Below, piece by piece: positions 1 to 9,341 of a stretch of 64,000 nucleotides of DNA. This DNA comes from Alphaproteobacteria bacterium (lineage in GTDB: Bacteria > Pseudomonadota > Alphaproteobacteria > SMXQ01), in NCBI GenBank assembly GCA_035714115.1, contig DASTMO010000020.1, positions 6,073 through 70,072 on the forward strand. The letters run 5' to 3'. The position numbers were made by a program, and so were the translations under genes. Under the pieces are notes generated by a model. That model was not told where the DNA came from and made no database searches. It worked only from the letters and a program-made list of their open reading frames with translations. The stretch's first letter is position 1, and the number at the start of each line of letters is the position of its first letter.

Positions 1-241
1 CGGCCGCCGTCGCGATGGTCTCTTTATGCTCCTCGCCCGGCTCGCGGGCATGGACGCGCATGTCGATCAGGCCGGGCGCGAGGCAGGCGCCGGCGCAATC
101 GATGGTCTCGATGCCGGCCGGCACCTTGAGATCGGCGACGACATCGGCGATCACGCCTTCGGCGACGATGATGCCGCCTTTGGCATCGAGGCCGCTGGCG
201 GGGTCGAGCAGGCGGGCGTTGACGAAGGCGATGGTGCTCAT
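1..241 (-). CDS. pyrC: dihydroorotase, N-terminal part (gene runs off the window start)
   Basis: Minus-strand translation from the ATG at 241 gives [80 protein letters not shown]. The D-x-H-V-H-x-REPG metal-binding motif is typical of dihydroorotases. ATGA start/stop overlap with pyrB. Confidence 0.8.
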   Translation of the reverse strand, partial: MSTIAFVNARLLDPASGLDAKGGIIVAEGVIADVVADLKVPAGIETIDCAGACLAPGLIDMRVHAREPGEEHKETIATAA

Positions 242-1203
242 TTCGGGCCTCCGTTCGTGGAGGCGGCGAGGGTGGCGACGACCGCTTCGAGGCAGGCCAT
301 GCGCGTCGCCACGCCATATTCGACCTGCTGCAGGATCAGGCTGCGGTCGATCTCGTCGGCGACCTCGGTGGAGATCTCGATGCCGCGGTTGAGCGGGCCG
401 GGATGCATCACCAGCGCGTCGGGCTTGGCGGCGGCGAGCATCTCGCGGTCCAGCCCGTAATATTCGGCATATTCGCGCATCGAGGGGACATAGGCGCCGT
501 CCATGCGCTCGAGCTGCAGGCGCAGCATCATGACGATGTCGCAGCCGGTGAGACCCTTCTTCATGTCGTGGAAGACCTCGACGCCGAAGCGGTCGATGGC
601 CGGCGGCATCAGGGTCGGCGGGCCGACGACGCGCACGCGCGCGCCCATCGTCTGCAACAGATGGATGTTCGAGCGCGCGACGCGGCTGTGGGCGACGTCG
701 CCGCAGATCGCGACGGTCAGCCCGGCGATGGTGCCTTTGCGCCGGCGGATGGTCAGCGCGTCCAAGAGCGCCTGAGTCGGATGTTCGTGCGAGCCGTCGC
801 CGGCGTTGATCACCGAGCAGCCGAGCTTCTGCGCCAAGAGGTGCGGCGCGCCGGAGTTCGGATGGCGGATGATCAGCACATCCGGGTGCATCGCCTGCAG
901 GGTGAGGGCGGTGTCGATCAGCGTCTCGCCCTTCTTCACCGAGGAGGTGGCGACCGCCATGTTGATGACGTCGGCGCCGAGGCGCTTGGCGGCCAGCTCG
1001 AAGCTGGTGCGCGTGCGGGTGGATTCCTCGAAGAAGAGGTTCATCACCGTGCGGCCGCGCAGCGTGCCGAGCTTTTCCTTGCGGGTGGAAACGTCGATAT
1101 AGCCCTCGGCGAGATCGAGCAAATAGCCGATCTCAACGGGCGACAAACCCTCGATGCCGAGGATGTGGCGATGCGGAAATCGCGAGGGTGCGGACGCGGT
1201 CAT
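238..1203 (-). CDS. pyrB: aspartate carbamoyltransferase catalytic subunit
   Basis: 321 aa ORF with the STRTR carbamoyl-phosphate motif ([11 protein letters not shown]) and HPTQ/HPLQ-like motif ([10 protein letters not shown]). Coupled to pyrC. Confidence 0.93.
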   Translation of the reverse strand: MTASAPSRFPHRHILGIEGLSPVEIGYLLDLAEGYIDVSTRKEKLGTLRGRTVMNLFFEESTRTRTSFELAAKRLGADVINMAVATSSVKKGETLIDTALTLQAMHPDVLIIRHPNSGAPHLLAQKLGCSVINAGDGSHEHPTQALLDALTIRRRKGTIAGLTVAICGDVAHSRVARSNIHLLQTMGARVRVVGPPTLMPPAIDRFGVEVFHDMKKGLTGCDIVMMLRLQLERMDGAYVPSMREYAEYYGLDREMLAAAKPDALVMHPGPLNRGIEISTEVADEIDRSLILQQVEYGVATRMACLEAVVATLAASTNGGPK

Positions 1204-1263
1204 TAAAGCCGCAGTTTATAGGACGGGACGGCGGGGCGGGCAAGGGGGCTAAAGCAGGTCTAT

Positions 1264-1614
1264 CTATTGGAACATGAAAACTTTCGGTATTTCGCAGTTG
1301 GCCTTCTGAATTATGACCTCGGGTGCGCCCCCGGTTCTGCGAATGCCGGGCGGGTCATCCCATCTGACACCCCAATAATCGCCGCCATCTCTGAAAACGG
1401 GATGCGCTGTGGACAGCAGCGCGCTATCCAGCGAGTGCGTTCTTAAAAATGCTTCTGCAATGGTCGCAAGCTTTGGCTCATCTCGTTGGGAGCAATCGGC
1501 GCCGCGCGTTTGCTGAGCGCAAGCGGCAAGCAAAAAGCCAAGCGCAATGCCGGATAATGTTTTTCGCTTTATCGACAAAATAAGACTTCGATTTAAGACC
1601 TGAGAACTGCGCAT
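1264..1614 (-). CDS. hypothetical small lipoprotein
   Basis: 116 aa ORF in a locally lower-GC patch. It has a signal peptide with a lipobox-like LLAAC. I recognise no family. Confidence 0.45.
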   Translation of the reverse strand: MRSSQVLNRSLILSIKRKTLSGIALGFLLAACAQQTRGADCSQRDEPKLATIAEAFLRTHSLDSALLSTAHPVFRDGGDYWGVRWDDPPGIRRTGGAPEVIIQKANCEIPKVFMFQ

Positions 1615-1650
1615 GGTGGGATTGTACTCCCACCATGCGCGCTCGTCGAT

Positions 1651-2679
1651 TTACTCCCCGGTCCCCATAACCTGCTTGGCGCGTTCGATCACCTTCGGCG
1701 ACGCGCTGACGGTGTCCTGGACAATCTTCGCCACTTCGTCGCCGGTCAGCGGAATGACGGTGAGGCGCTGCTTGTCGGCGTCGGCCTTGAAGCCGTCGCT
1801 GGTCACCGTCTCGTCGAACGCCTTGCGCAGCATCGCGACGCGCTCGGGCGCCATGCCCGGCGGGGCCAAGAAGGGCCGGCCGATGTTGATTGCGCCGCCG
1901 ATCAGCGTGAGCACCGCGCGGTCTTCTTCGTTCTGCGCCAGCTCGGTCCAGAGCGGCGCGTCGGGGATCAGCGGGTCGCGCTTGGAGCCGATCTGCACCA
2001 GGAAGATCATCGTCTTGTCGGTGATCCACTCGGGGTTCTCGGTGACATAGGAGCCGAGGCTGGTCGCCTGGGCGTTGACCTCGCCGCGCTGCAGCGCGAC
2101 GCGGATCTCGTCGGTCGACTTGTAGCCCTTGATCACCTTGATCTTGGTGCCGAAGACGTTGTTGATCGCGGTCGGGTAGCGATAGCCGCTGGAGCCTTCG
2201 CCGGTCGCGCCGGCGATCACCTGCTTGGTCTTCAGCTCCTCGAAGCTTTTGACGCCGGCGGTGTTCCACACGGCGAAGGTTTGGTTGCGGTCGACCAGCG
2301 CGCCGATCCAGTTGAACTTGGCGGCGTCGTAGCGCACGCCGCGCCCGTCGAGCACCTGATGCGTCGGCACACTCTGGTTCACGGTGGCGATGGCCGTGCC
2401 GTCCTTCGGCGCGGTGTTGTACATGTAGTTGGTGGCCTGCATATGGCCGCCGCCCGGCATGTTCTGCACGATGATGTTCGGCTTGCCCGGCAGATGCGCG
2501 GCGAGATGGCGCGCCAGCGTGCGCGCGCTGAAGTCGTAGGTGCCGCCTTCGCCGGTCGAGGTGACGATGGTCAGCGTCTTGCCGGCGTAGAAATTGTCCT
2601 GCGCGGCGGCGGGCGCGGCATAGGCGAGGGACAGAGCCGCGGCGGCGGACAGAATCGGGGCGGCGCTCGAAAGGCGCAT
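1651..2679 (-). CDS. Bug/TctC-family periplasmic solute-binding protein
   Basis: 342 aa with a signal peptide ending AAAQD. The GKTLTIVTSTGEGGTYDFSAR...IVQNMPGGGH...APKDGT pattern resembles tripartite tricarboxylate receptor proteins. Paralogous to 60693-61712. Confidence 0.75.
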   Translation of the reverse strand: MRLSSAAPILSAAAALSLAYAAPAAAQDNFYAGKTLTIVTSTGEGGTYDFSARTLARHLAAHLPGKPNIIVQNMPGGGHMQATNYMYNTAPKDGTAIATVNQSVPTHQVLDGRGVRYDAAKFNWIGALVDRNQTFAVWNTAGVKSFEELKTKQVIAGATGEGSSGYRYPTAINNVFGTKIKVIKGYKSTDEIRVALQRGEVNAQATSLGSYVTENPEWITDKTMIFLVQIGSKRDPLIPDAPLWTELAQNEEDRAVLTLIGGAINIGRPFLAPPGMAPERVAMLRKAFDETVTSDGFKADADKQRLTVIPLTGDEVAKIVQDTVSASPKVIERAKQVMGTGE

Positions 2680-2748
2680 GGATATCTCCCTGTTTATGGA
2701 ATGCGGCGATATAGCCGCTTGGGAGCAATTATCCGATGTGGGGGGCGG

Positions 2749-2829
2749 TCAGATCAAGCCCTTCACCCACTTCACCATGTCGGGCATGGCGTCGCGCATG
2801 ATGGAATTGTGATCGCCGGGAATTTCCGA
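2749..2829 (-). other. in-frame continuation of the hydrolase reading frame after the TAG (26 codons, carries the GDH motif)
   Basis: The same frame directly after the TAG reads SEIPGDHNSIMRDAMPDMVKWVKGLI then TGA (2751-2749). It looks like the missing C-terminal His-containing strand and helix of an alpha/beta hydrolase. Confidence 0.6.
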
Positions 2830-3672
2830 CTAGACGCTTTTCGGATTCTCCGGCAGGCGGTCGAAGCTCTGCCGCTTGCCGCCGCCCGCCGGATCGCGCG
2901 AGCCGACGCCCCAATAGACCGGCAGCCGGCTCTGCGGCAGCGCCTTGCGCAGGCTGGGGAAGACCTCGGGATCGTGGAAGTCGGCATAGACCTCGGCGCG
3001 CATCTCGTAGCTCTCGATGACGGCCTTCTCGCCCGAGGTGTTGGAGCCTTCGAAGCGCGTCATCTCGCCGCCCTTGCCCTCGGCGACGAGCGCCTTGGCT
3101 TTGCGCAGCGACGGGATGATCGTGTTCCAGAAGGGCGAGGTCGGCGGGAAGAGGTCGAGCATGTGGCCCGGGCTGGTCAGCAGCTTGCCGACGACGTAAT
3201 CGGGCGCGTCGGCCGGATGCCAGCCGAGCGAGAAGGCGGCGCCCATGCTCTGGCCGCCGACCACGACTTTCTTCGCGCCGTTCTCGGAGGCGAGCGCGAC
3301 CAATTCGTCGAGCGCGGCCTGGGCGTCGGCGAGCGTACCGTTCCACTTGCGGCTCCACGGCATCGACGGCTCGTAGACGGTGACGCCTTCGTTGGCGAAG
3401 CTGCGCGCGAAGGTCCGCATGGCCGGCGAATCGTTCGCGCCGTTCTTGCCGTGCATGAAGACCAGCGCGATGGGCAGCAGCTTGGCCTCGCCGTCGGGCT
3501 TGTAGACGTCGTAGGCGAGCTTGTAGCCGGTCGAGACGGCGAGCGTCTCAGCGCGAACGGGGCCGGCGAAGATCAGGAAGGCGGCGAGGGCCAGGGCGAT
3601 GAGATAGAGCCCGGTCAGCATCGCGCCGAGCCAGCGGCGCGTCATCGCGCGTTCGTCGCGGATATCGTCCAT
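2830..3672 (-). CDS. membrane-anchored alpha/beta hydrolase, ended by an in-frame TAG before the catalytic His
   Basis: 280 aa ORF with an N-terminal TM/signal segment and a GQSMG nucleophile elbow (G-x-S-x-G). The ORF ends ...GSRDPAGGGKRQSFDRLPENPKSV at TAG 2832-2830. Confidence 0.8.
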   Translation of the reverse strand: MDDIRDERAMTRRWLGAMLTGLYLIALALAAFLIFAGPVRAETLAVSTGYKLAYDVYKPDGEAKLLPIALVFMHGKNGANDSPAMRTFARSFANEGVTVYEPSMPWSRKWNGTLADAQAALDELVALASENGAKKVVVGGQSMGAAFSLGWHPADAPDYVVGKLLTSPGHMLDLFPPTSPFWNTIIPSLRKAKALVAEGKGGEMTRFEGSNTSGEKAVIESYEMRAEVYADFHDPEVFPSLRKALPQSRLPVYWGVGSRDPAGGGKRQSFDRLPENPKSV

Positions 3673-3762
3673 GGACGTTTCCCCCGAAAGTCAGAACGAC
3701 GCGATTTTACGGCAAGCGGCGGCCGCTCGCCAAGGGCCGGCGCGGCGCGCTAGACTGGCGGC

Positions 3763-4827
3763 ATGATGCGACGCAGTCTCATCGCCTGGGCCTTCCTATC
3801 GCTGTCGGCATCGCCGCTGTCGGCGCAAGGCTTGGTCTCGCCCATTAGCACCGACCACGCGCCCTATGCCGGCGCGAACGCCGCCTGCAAGCCGGCGCCG
3901 ACGCCGGTGCTGAGCCTGAAGTCGCAGCCCTATTACAGCGACAGCAGCTATTCCAAGGTCGATCCCGAGGCCTTCAAGCGCGAGCAGGAGGCGGCCAAGC
4001 CGCTCGACGACTTCCTGCGCGTGGTGCAATCGGCCGCCACCGACCATCGGCGCGGCAAGCCCGGCGCGGCGGCCTGCGCGCTCAAAGCGCTCGACGACTG
4101 GGCGGCGGTCAAGGCGCTGCTCGGCGAGTTCACCCAGCAGGGCGGCTTCCAGCGCAAATGGACCGTCGGCGGCGCGGCGCTCGCCTATCTCGGCATCCGC
4201 GACGCGGAGGGATTGGACGCCGACATGAAAGCGCGCGTCGCCGCTTGGCTCGGGGAAGTCGGCCGCGCCGTGCGGCCCTATTACGACAAGCGTCCGGCAG
4301 CCAACCGCAACAACCACGATTATTGGGCGGCGCTGTCGGTCGCCGCGACCGGCCTCGCCGCCAATGATCGCGCCATGGTCGAATGGGGCGTCGCGCGCCT
4401 GAGGCTCGGCCTGTCGGACATCGCCGCCGATGGCTCTTTGCCGCGCGAGATCGCGCGCAAGCAGATGGCGCTGCATTACCAATTGTTCAGCCTGCCGCCG
4501 CTGGCGGCGGTGGCGCGCATCGCCGAGGTCAACGGCATGGGCCTGAACGAGAAAGAGCAAGCCGCGCTCGACCGCCTGGCGCGCTTCACCTTCGCCGCGA
4601 CGCAGGACCAGACGGAAATCAATCGCTTGGCGGGAATCGCGCAGGACGATCCGATGCTGCGCGGCCGCCCGGCGCTGGTGCAGGGCGTCGGCATCGAGCT
4701 GTGGCTGTTGACCAAGCCCGGCGGCGCGGCAGCTGAGCGGGAAATCGACGCGGCGCTCCAGCCGTTCCGGCCCTATCGCATGAGCTGGCTCGGCGGCGAC
4801 GTCGCGGCTTTGTGGGCCGCGCGTTAA
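3763..4827 (+). CDS. alginate lyase family protein (PL5/AlgL-like), secreted
   Basis: 354 aa with a signal peptide (LSASPLSAQG). The NNHDYWAA motif matches the conserved NNHSYW of AlgL-type poly-mannuronate lyases. Confidence 0.7.
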   Translation: MMRRSLIAWAFLSLSASPLSAQGLVSPISTDHAPYAGANAACKPAPTPVLSLKSQPYYSDSSYSKVDPEAFKREQEAAKPLDDFLRVVQSAATDHRRGKPGAAACALKALDDWAAVKALLGEFTQQGGFQRKWTVGGAALAYLGIRDAEGLDADMKARVAAWLGEVGRAVRPYYDKRPAANRNNHDYWAALSVAATGLAANDRAMVEWGVARLRLGLSDIAADGSLPREIARKQMALHYQLFSLPPLAAVARIAEVNGMGLNEKEQAALDRLARFTFAATQDQTEINRLAGIAQDDPMLRGRPALVQGVGIELWLLTKPGGAAAEREIDAALQPFRPYRMSWLGGDVAALWAAR

Positions 4828-4879
4828 ACAAAGTCGCCCCTTTGGGCAGCGCTTTGAACGGAAACGTCTGCGCCGGCCG

Positions 4880-6673
4880 TCAGAACAGTCGGGCGAGGTT
4901 TTCGGGCTCGGTCGGGCGGCCATAGAGGAAGCCTTGCACGGCGTCGCAGCCCCAGACGGTGAGCAGGTCGGCCTGGCCTTGCTGCTCGACGCCTTCGGCG
5001 ACGACATGCAGGCCGATGTCGTGCGCCATCAGCACGATGTTGCGGACCAGGGCTTGGCCTTTATGGCTGTCGAGCCGGTCGATGAAGCGCTTGTCGATTT
5101 TCAGCGAATCGAAGGGCAAGTCGAACAGGTAGCCGAGCGAGGAGTATCCCGTGCCGAAATCGTCGAGCGTGCAGGTCATGCCGCGGTCATGCAGCTCGAC
5201 GATGAAATCGCGCGTGGCGCGCGCGTCCTGCATCGCGGCGGTCTCGGTGATTTCCAGCTCGATCAGCTCGCCGGGAATGCCGGCCTCGGCCGGCGCCGCG
5301 AGCACGGTCTTGACCGCTTCGGGCGACAGGATCTGGCGCATCGAGACGTTGACCGCGACGGGGTGGGACGACAGTCCGTCGCGTCGCCATCTGGCGATCT
5401 GCGCGCAGGCGGCGCGGACGGCCCAGCCGCCCACTTCCGCGATCATGCCAGCCTCCTCGGCGATGGGGATGAACTCGCCGGGCATCACCAGGCCCAGCTT
5501 GGGGCTGTGCCAGCGCAGCAGCGCTTCGCTGCCGAGCATGCGGCGGCCGCGCGCGTCGAACTTCGGCTGATAGATCAGGCAAAACTCGTCGTGTTTGGCC
5601 GCGTCGATCAGGCCGTCCTCGATGGCCTGGCGGCGGCGCGAGCGCTCGGACAGAGAGGCGCTGTAGAAGACCGAAAGCTTGTCGCGCGGCAGGTCGGCGC
5701 CGACATGGGTCGCGGCCTCGGCGCGCAGCATCAGCGCTTCGATGTCGTCGCCGTCGACGGGATAAAGCGCGATGCCGATGCCGAAGCGCAGCACGCGGCG
5801 CTGGCCGCCGACGAGATAGGCCGGGGCGAGCGCGTCGGCGATCGCCGAAATCTGGCTCTGCAGGCTGTCGCGCTTGTCGTCCGACATGTCGCCGCCGCGG
5901 CCGTTGAGCAGCACGCCGACATAGAAGCGCTCGCCGCGCTCGCGCGCCACGATGTCGCCGGCGCGGACCGCGCCGCGCAGCCTGTCCGCCACCGCTTGCA
6001 GCACTTCGCCGCTTTCGCGATAGCTGATGGATTCGGTCAGCCGGCCCCAGTGCTGCACGGTGATGGCGATGATGGCGGCGCGCGGCGCGCTGGCCTCGGG
6101 ACCGCTGTCGTGACCGCTCTCCGCTCCGGCGATCGAATGGGCCAGCTGCTCGACGAAAGCGGTGTGGGTCAAAAGCCCGGTCGAGCGGTCGTAGTTGGAT
6201 TGCTGGAACAACTCCTGTTCGTGATGCGCGAGCAGGGTGCGGTAAAAGCGCGTCTCCAGCGTGGCGGCGACGGCTTGGGCGACGCCGGGGAGCAGATCGG
6301 CATAAGGCGCGAAGGCGGCCTCGTCGGCGACGCGCAGGATGAGCGCGCCGAACAGATGGTCGCCGCCGCGCAATGGCAGGGCGCGCAGACCGTCGGCGAC
6401 GGCGAGAGGCGCCATATCGCCGCCCGCCGGCGCGTCGAACAAGGCTTCATAGCGCGCCGCGAGCGCCTCCAGGCTGGGATCGGGCGGCAGCACCTGGCCG
6501 CGCAGGCAAAGATGGGCGGCGGCGACGCCGGGCACTTCGGCAAGCGCGCGCGCGACGGCCTCGCCCATGTCGCGTTCGTCGCCGATCCGCTGTTGCAGCC
6601 GCAGCAGCAGGCCGAGCACATCGGCCATGGCCGTGCGCGGCGCAGCCCGCCTGAACAATTGGGACACGTTCAT
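4880..6673 (-). CDS. GAF-like/degenerate GGDEF/EAL protein, predicted c-di-GMP phosphodiesterase
   Basis: EAL-domain motifs are intact (EALLRW, ELEITE, DDFGTGYSSL, KIDKRF, EGVE, QGFLYGRP). The GGDEF position reads RGERF, so it is degenerate. I prefer the start at MNVSQLF (6673); the ORF is open up to 6802. Confidence 0.85.
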   Translation of the reverse strand: MNVSQLFRRAAPRTAMADVLGLLLRLQQRIGDERDMGEAVARALAEVPGVAAAHLCLRGQVLPPDPSLEALAARYEALFDAPAGGDMAPLAVADGLRALPLRGGDHLFGALILRVADEAAFAPYADLLPGVAQAVAATLETRFYRTLLAHHEQELFQQSNYDRSTGLLTHTAFVEQLAHSIAGAESGHDSGPEASAPRAAIIAITVQHWGRLTESISYRESGEVLQAVADRLRGAVRAGDIVARERGERFYVGVLLNGRGGDMSDDKRDSLQSQISAIADALAPAYLVGGQRRVLRFGIGIALYPVDGDDIEALMLRAEAATHVGADLPRDKLSVFYSASLSERSRRRQAIEDGLIDAAKHDEFCLIYQPKFDARGRRMLGSEALLRWHSPKLGLVMPGEFIPIAEEAGMIAEVGGWAVRAACAQIARWRRDGLSSHPVAVNVSMRQILSPEAVKTVLAAPAEAGIPGELIELEITETAAMQDARATRDFIVELHDRGMTCTLDDFGTGYSSLGYLFDLPFDSLKIDKRFIDRLDSHKGQALVRNIVLMAHDIGLHVVAEGVEQQGQADLLTVWGCDAVQGFLYGRPTEPENLARLF

Positions 6674-7017
6674 GCGGATGCTTTCGCGGCGCCGCGCGCG
6701 CCCCTCACGGCAGTCCGCGCCGGCAAGGCCGGATATCCATTGTCGCCGCACATTTGCCCCTCCCGCTCCCCACGGTTTCGAGGTCCAGCGTCGTGCAGTC
6801 ACTCCGGCAGGTCTTTGGACGCGCCGCCTTATTTTACATTGCTTGAATGCTAAACACGCGGCGCAGTTGTTGGCAATACGGCTCCTTTGCTAATTACCTG
6901 ACTCATTTATATTTTTTTTCCAAGATGCAACCCGAAGTAGCAATGACTTCCTAAACACCCATAGGTTCGGAATGGCGGCGAACTTTTCCAAATGAACAAA
7001 ACTTTCTTCTACAGCGA

Positions 7018-7791
7018 TCACGCCGGCATGGCGCGCAGCGTCATCGATTCGAGGCTGAAGCTGTTGTCTGCTTCGAGCTTCAGATAATCGCGCACCTCGG
7101 CTGGCGCCTGCGACAACAAGGCCCGGATCGCGTCGGCCTGCACGGTTGGCGTCGCCATGCGCGCGAGCCAGGAGGCGAAGTCGAGACGCAAGCGGTGCAT
7201 GTGCGTCTCGCCGACTTTGAATCCAGCGCGCGTTAAAGCGCTCTGCCATTCTTCCTGCGAATAATCGCGCTGATGCGACGGATCGCGCAGCAGCTCGACG
7301 CTCTGCATCCATGTGTCGCAAAGCTTGTCGGCCGGCGCGGCGATGTCGGCGAAGACGGCGACGCCGCTTGGCTTCAGCACGCGGCGCGCTTCCTTCAAGG
7401 CGGCGTCGAAGCCGCGCCAATGATGGGCGCTGTAGCGGCTCACCACCATGTCGAAGCTGGCATCATCGAAGGGCAGGGCTTCGACCGGGCCTTGCCGGGT
7501 CTCGATGTTGGCAAAGCCTTTGCTTTGCGCGGTGGCGCCGACGGCGCGCAGCATCTCCGCCGACAGATCGTAGGCGACGACCTCGCGCGCGTGCGGCGCC
7601 AGAGCGAAGGCGACATGGCCGCCGCCGCAACCGAGATCGAGCGCGCGCGCCGGTTTATGTTCGGCGGCCCAGGCTTTGATGCGCGCGAGATCCTCGCCGC
7701 CGGCATGGACGGCGCTGGTCACATAGGCGTCGGCGCGCGGGCCGAATTGCGCGGCGACGAGTTGCTGCTGGTCTGGTGTCTGGGTGGTCAT
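7018..7791 (-). CDS. class I SAM-dependent methyltransferase
   Basis: 257 aa with the LDLGCGGGHVAF SAM-binding motif I and a Methyltransf_11-like layout. Confidence 0.85.
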   Translation of the reverse strand: MTTQTPDQQQLVAAQFGPRADAYVTSAVHAGGEDLARIKAWAAEHKPARALDLGCGGGHVAFALAPHAREVVAYDLSAEMLRAVGATAQSKGFANIETRQGPVEALPFDDASFDMVVSRYSAHHWRGFDAALKEARRVLKPSGVAVFADIAAPADKLCDTWMQSVELLRDPSHQRDYSQEEWQSALTRAGFKVGETHMHRLRLDFASWLARMATPTVQADAIRALLSQAPAEVRDYLKLEADNSFSLESMTLRAMPA

Positions 7792-7855
7792 GGCTCTCTC
7801 CTGCGATGAGGAGGGCAGCGTCGCGCAAGCAGCCGGCCGTCACAAGGTGACGGCT

Positions 7856-7867
7856 TATCCTGGTATC
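7856..7867. promoter_or_regulatory. third TTATCCTGGTAT box, upstream of the SAM-methyltransferase gene
   Basis: Exact 12-mer copy of the 10932-10943 box. It lies 65 nt upstream of the methyltransferase ATG (7791, minus strand). Confidence 0.4.
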
Positions 7868-7874
7868 GGAACTG

Positions 7875-8669
7875 CTAGAACGTGTAGGACAGCGTCAGGC
7901 CGGTGCGGATCTGGTTGGCCGAGCCTTCGCGGTCGACGATCTGGCTGTCGGCGGCGTCGCCGAGCAGGCGCGTATAGCCGAGGAAGCCGCCAAGCGCCCA
8001 GTTCTCCGTCAGCCCATAGGTCAGGCCGAGGGTGAGGCCGGCATCCTTGAAGCCGGCGTCGGCATCCTGCGCGGCATAGCCGCTGCGCGCCGCTTGCGAC
8101 GGCGTGACGCCGAAATAGCTCTGCATGTAGCTGTCGTCGGCGTAGGTGACGCCGGCGGAAACGCGCGCACCGAGGCGCGGCGTGAAACGGAAGCCGTAGC
8201 CGCCGCTCACTTCGGCGATCAAGCCGTCATGGCCGTCGGCGACGTCCTGCATGACCGACAACTCGCCCGACCAGGCGCCGACGCCGTAGCCGACGAAGCC
8301 GCCGACCTCGACGCTGGGATCCACGTCGCCGAGGCCGCGCAGCGCGGCGTTGTCGTCCTGGTCGCGGCCGAACACGTAGCGGGCGCGCGGGCCGGCCTTC
8401 CAATTGCTGCCGGGGCTGATGGCGCGCATGGCGTCGTAGCTCAGCGCCGTGTTCTTGAGCACGAGCGCGTCGCGATAGTTGATCTCGATGTCGGGGATCG
8501 GCTTGAACTCGTAATCGTCCGAGCCTTGGTAGTCTGGCGCGAGCATGGCGCCTCCGCCGACCTTCACTTTCCAGTCCCAATGGCCATCGGCATCTTGCGC
8601 GAAGGCGTTCGATGCGGCGGCGGCTGAGAAAGCGGCGGCGAGAATGGCGAGGCGCAGGCTGGTCGACAT
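7875..8669 (-). CDS. mipA: MipA/OmpV family outer-membrane protein
   Basis: 264 aa with a signal peptide ending AFAQD, the characteristic APDYQGSDDYEFKPIPDIEINYRD segment, and a C-terminal aromatic residue (TLSYTF). Confidence 0.85.
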   Translation of the reverse strand: MSTSLRLAILAAAFSAAAASNAFAQDADGHWDWKVKVGGGAMLAPDYQGSDDYEFKPIPDIEINYRDALVLKNTALSYDAMRAISPGSNWKAGPRARYVFGRDQDDNAALRGLGDVDPSVEVGGFVGYGVGAWSGELSVMQDVADGHDGLIAEVSGGYGFRFTPRLGARVSAGVTYADDSYMQSYFGVTPSQAARSGYAAQDADAGFKDAGLTLGLTYGLTENWALGGFLGYTRLLGDAADSQIVDREGSANQIRTGLTLSYTF

Positions 8670-8693
8670 GACATCTCCGTGAACTCGCTAGTG

Positions 8694-8718
8694 AACGCCG
8701 AGCAAAGGCGCGGGTTCC
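8694..8718 (-). promoter_or_regulatory. EcfG-type general stress promoter (perfect GGAAC-N16-CGTT) upstream of mipA
   Basis: Plus strand reads AACG-N16-GTTCC. The -10 element is 25 nt from the mipA ATG. Confidence 0.7.
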
Positions 8719-8810
8719 GCGCACGCGCGCGTTCGTGAGCCGTCATTAATCAGGGCCAGGATTTTGAAAAAATGCCATATTGCCGCCTTCACAGAGGAGA
8801 TGACCCCCCT

Positions 8811-9338
8811 ATGAAGAAGTCCCGTACGGTAAAATTGGCCCTTCTTGGCGGCGCCAGCCTGGCTTTGGCGGCGTGCGACGACAACAGCGGCCCGCCCAAC
8901 GACGCGCGCTACTTCGCCGACGCGAAGGAATGCGCCGCGATCTACGACGACGCGTCCTGCCGCGAATCGGCGCGCGCGAGCGAGCAGACCCATCTGGCGC
9001 AAGCGCCCAAGTTCGGCCGCAAGGAAGAGTGCGAGCAGGAATTCGGCGCCGGCAACTGCGAGACCCGCCAATCGGCCGGCGGCGGCAGCTACTTCATGCC
9101 GCTGCTCATGGGCTACATGATGGGCAACATGATGGGCGGCAACCGCTTCAACGAGCCGGTCTATCGCGACCGCCAGGGCAACGCCGTGATGAACAGCGGC
9201 GGGCGCGCCTACAACGTCGGCAGCTTCGGCGCGACGGCGGGGCGGACGGCGGCGAGCTTCCGTCCGGCGGCGCCGACGCAGATCGCGCGCGGCGGCTTCG
9301 GCGCGGGCGCGGCGAAGTTCGGCAGCATCGGCAGCTGA
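8811..9338 (+). CDS. DUF1190 family lipoprotein (YgiB/YjfM-like)
   Basis: MKKSRTVKLALLGGASLALAAC lipobox and a Gly/Met-rich C-terminal half. Sits directly upstream of a GspS-like gene, as in E. coli ygiBC/yjfMC. Confidence 0.7.
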   Translation: MKKSRTVKLALLGGASLALAACDDNSGPPNDARYFADAKECAAIYDDASCRESARASEQTHLAQAPKFGRKEECEQEFGAGNCETRQSAGGGSYFMPLLMGYMMGNMMGGNRFNEPVYRDRQGNAVMNSGGRAYNVGSFGATAGRTAASFRPAAPTQIARGGFGAGAAKFGSIGS

Positions 9339-9341
9339 GAC

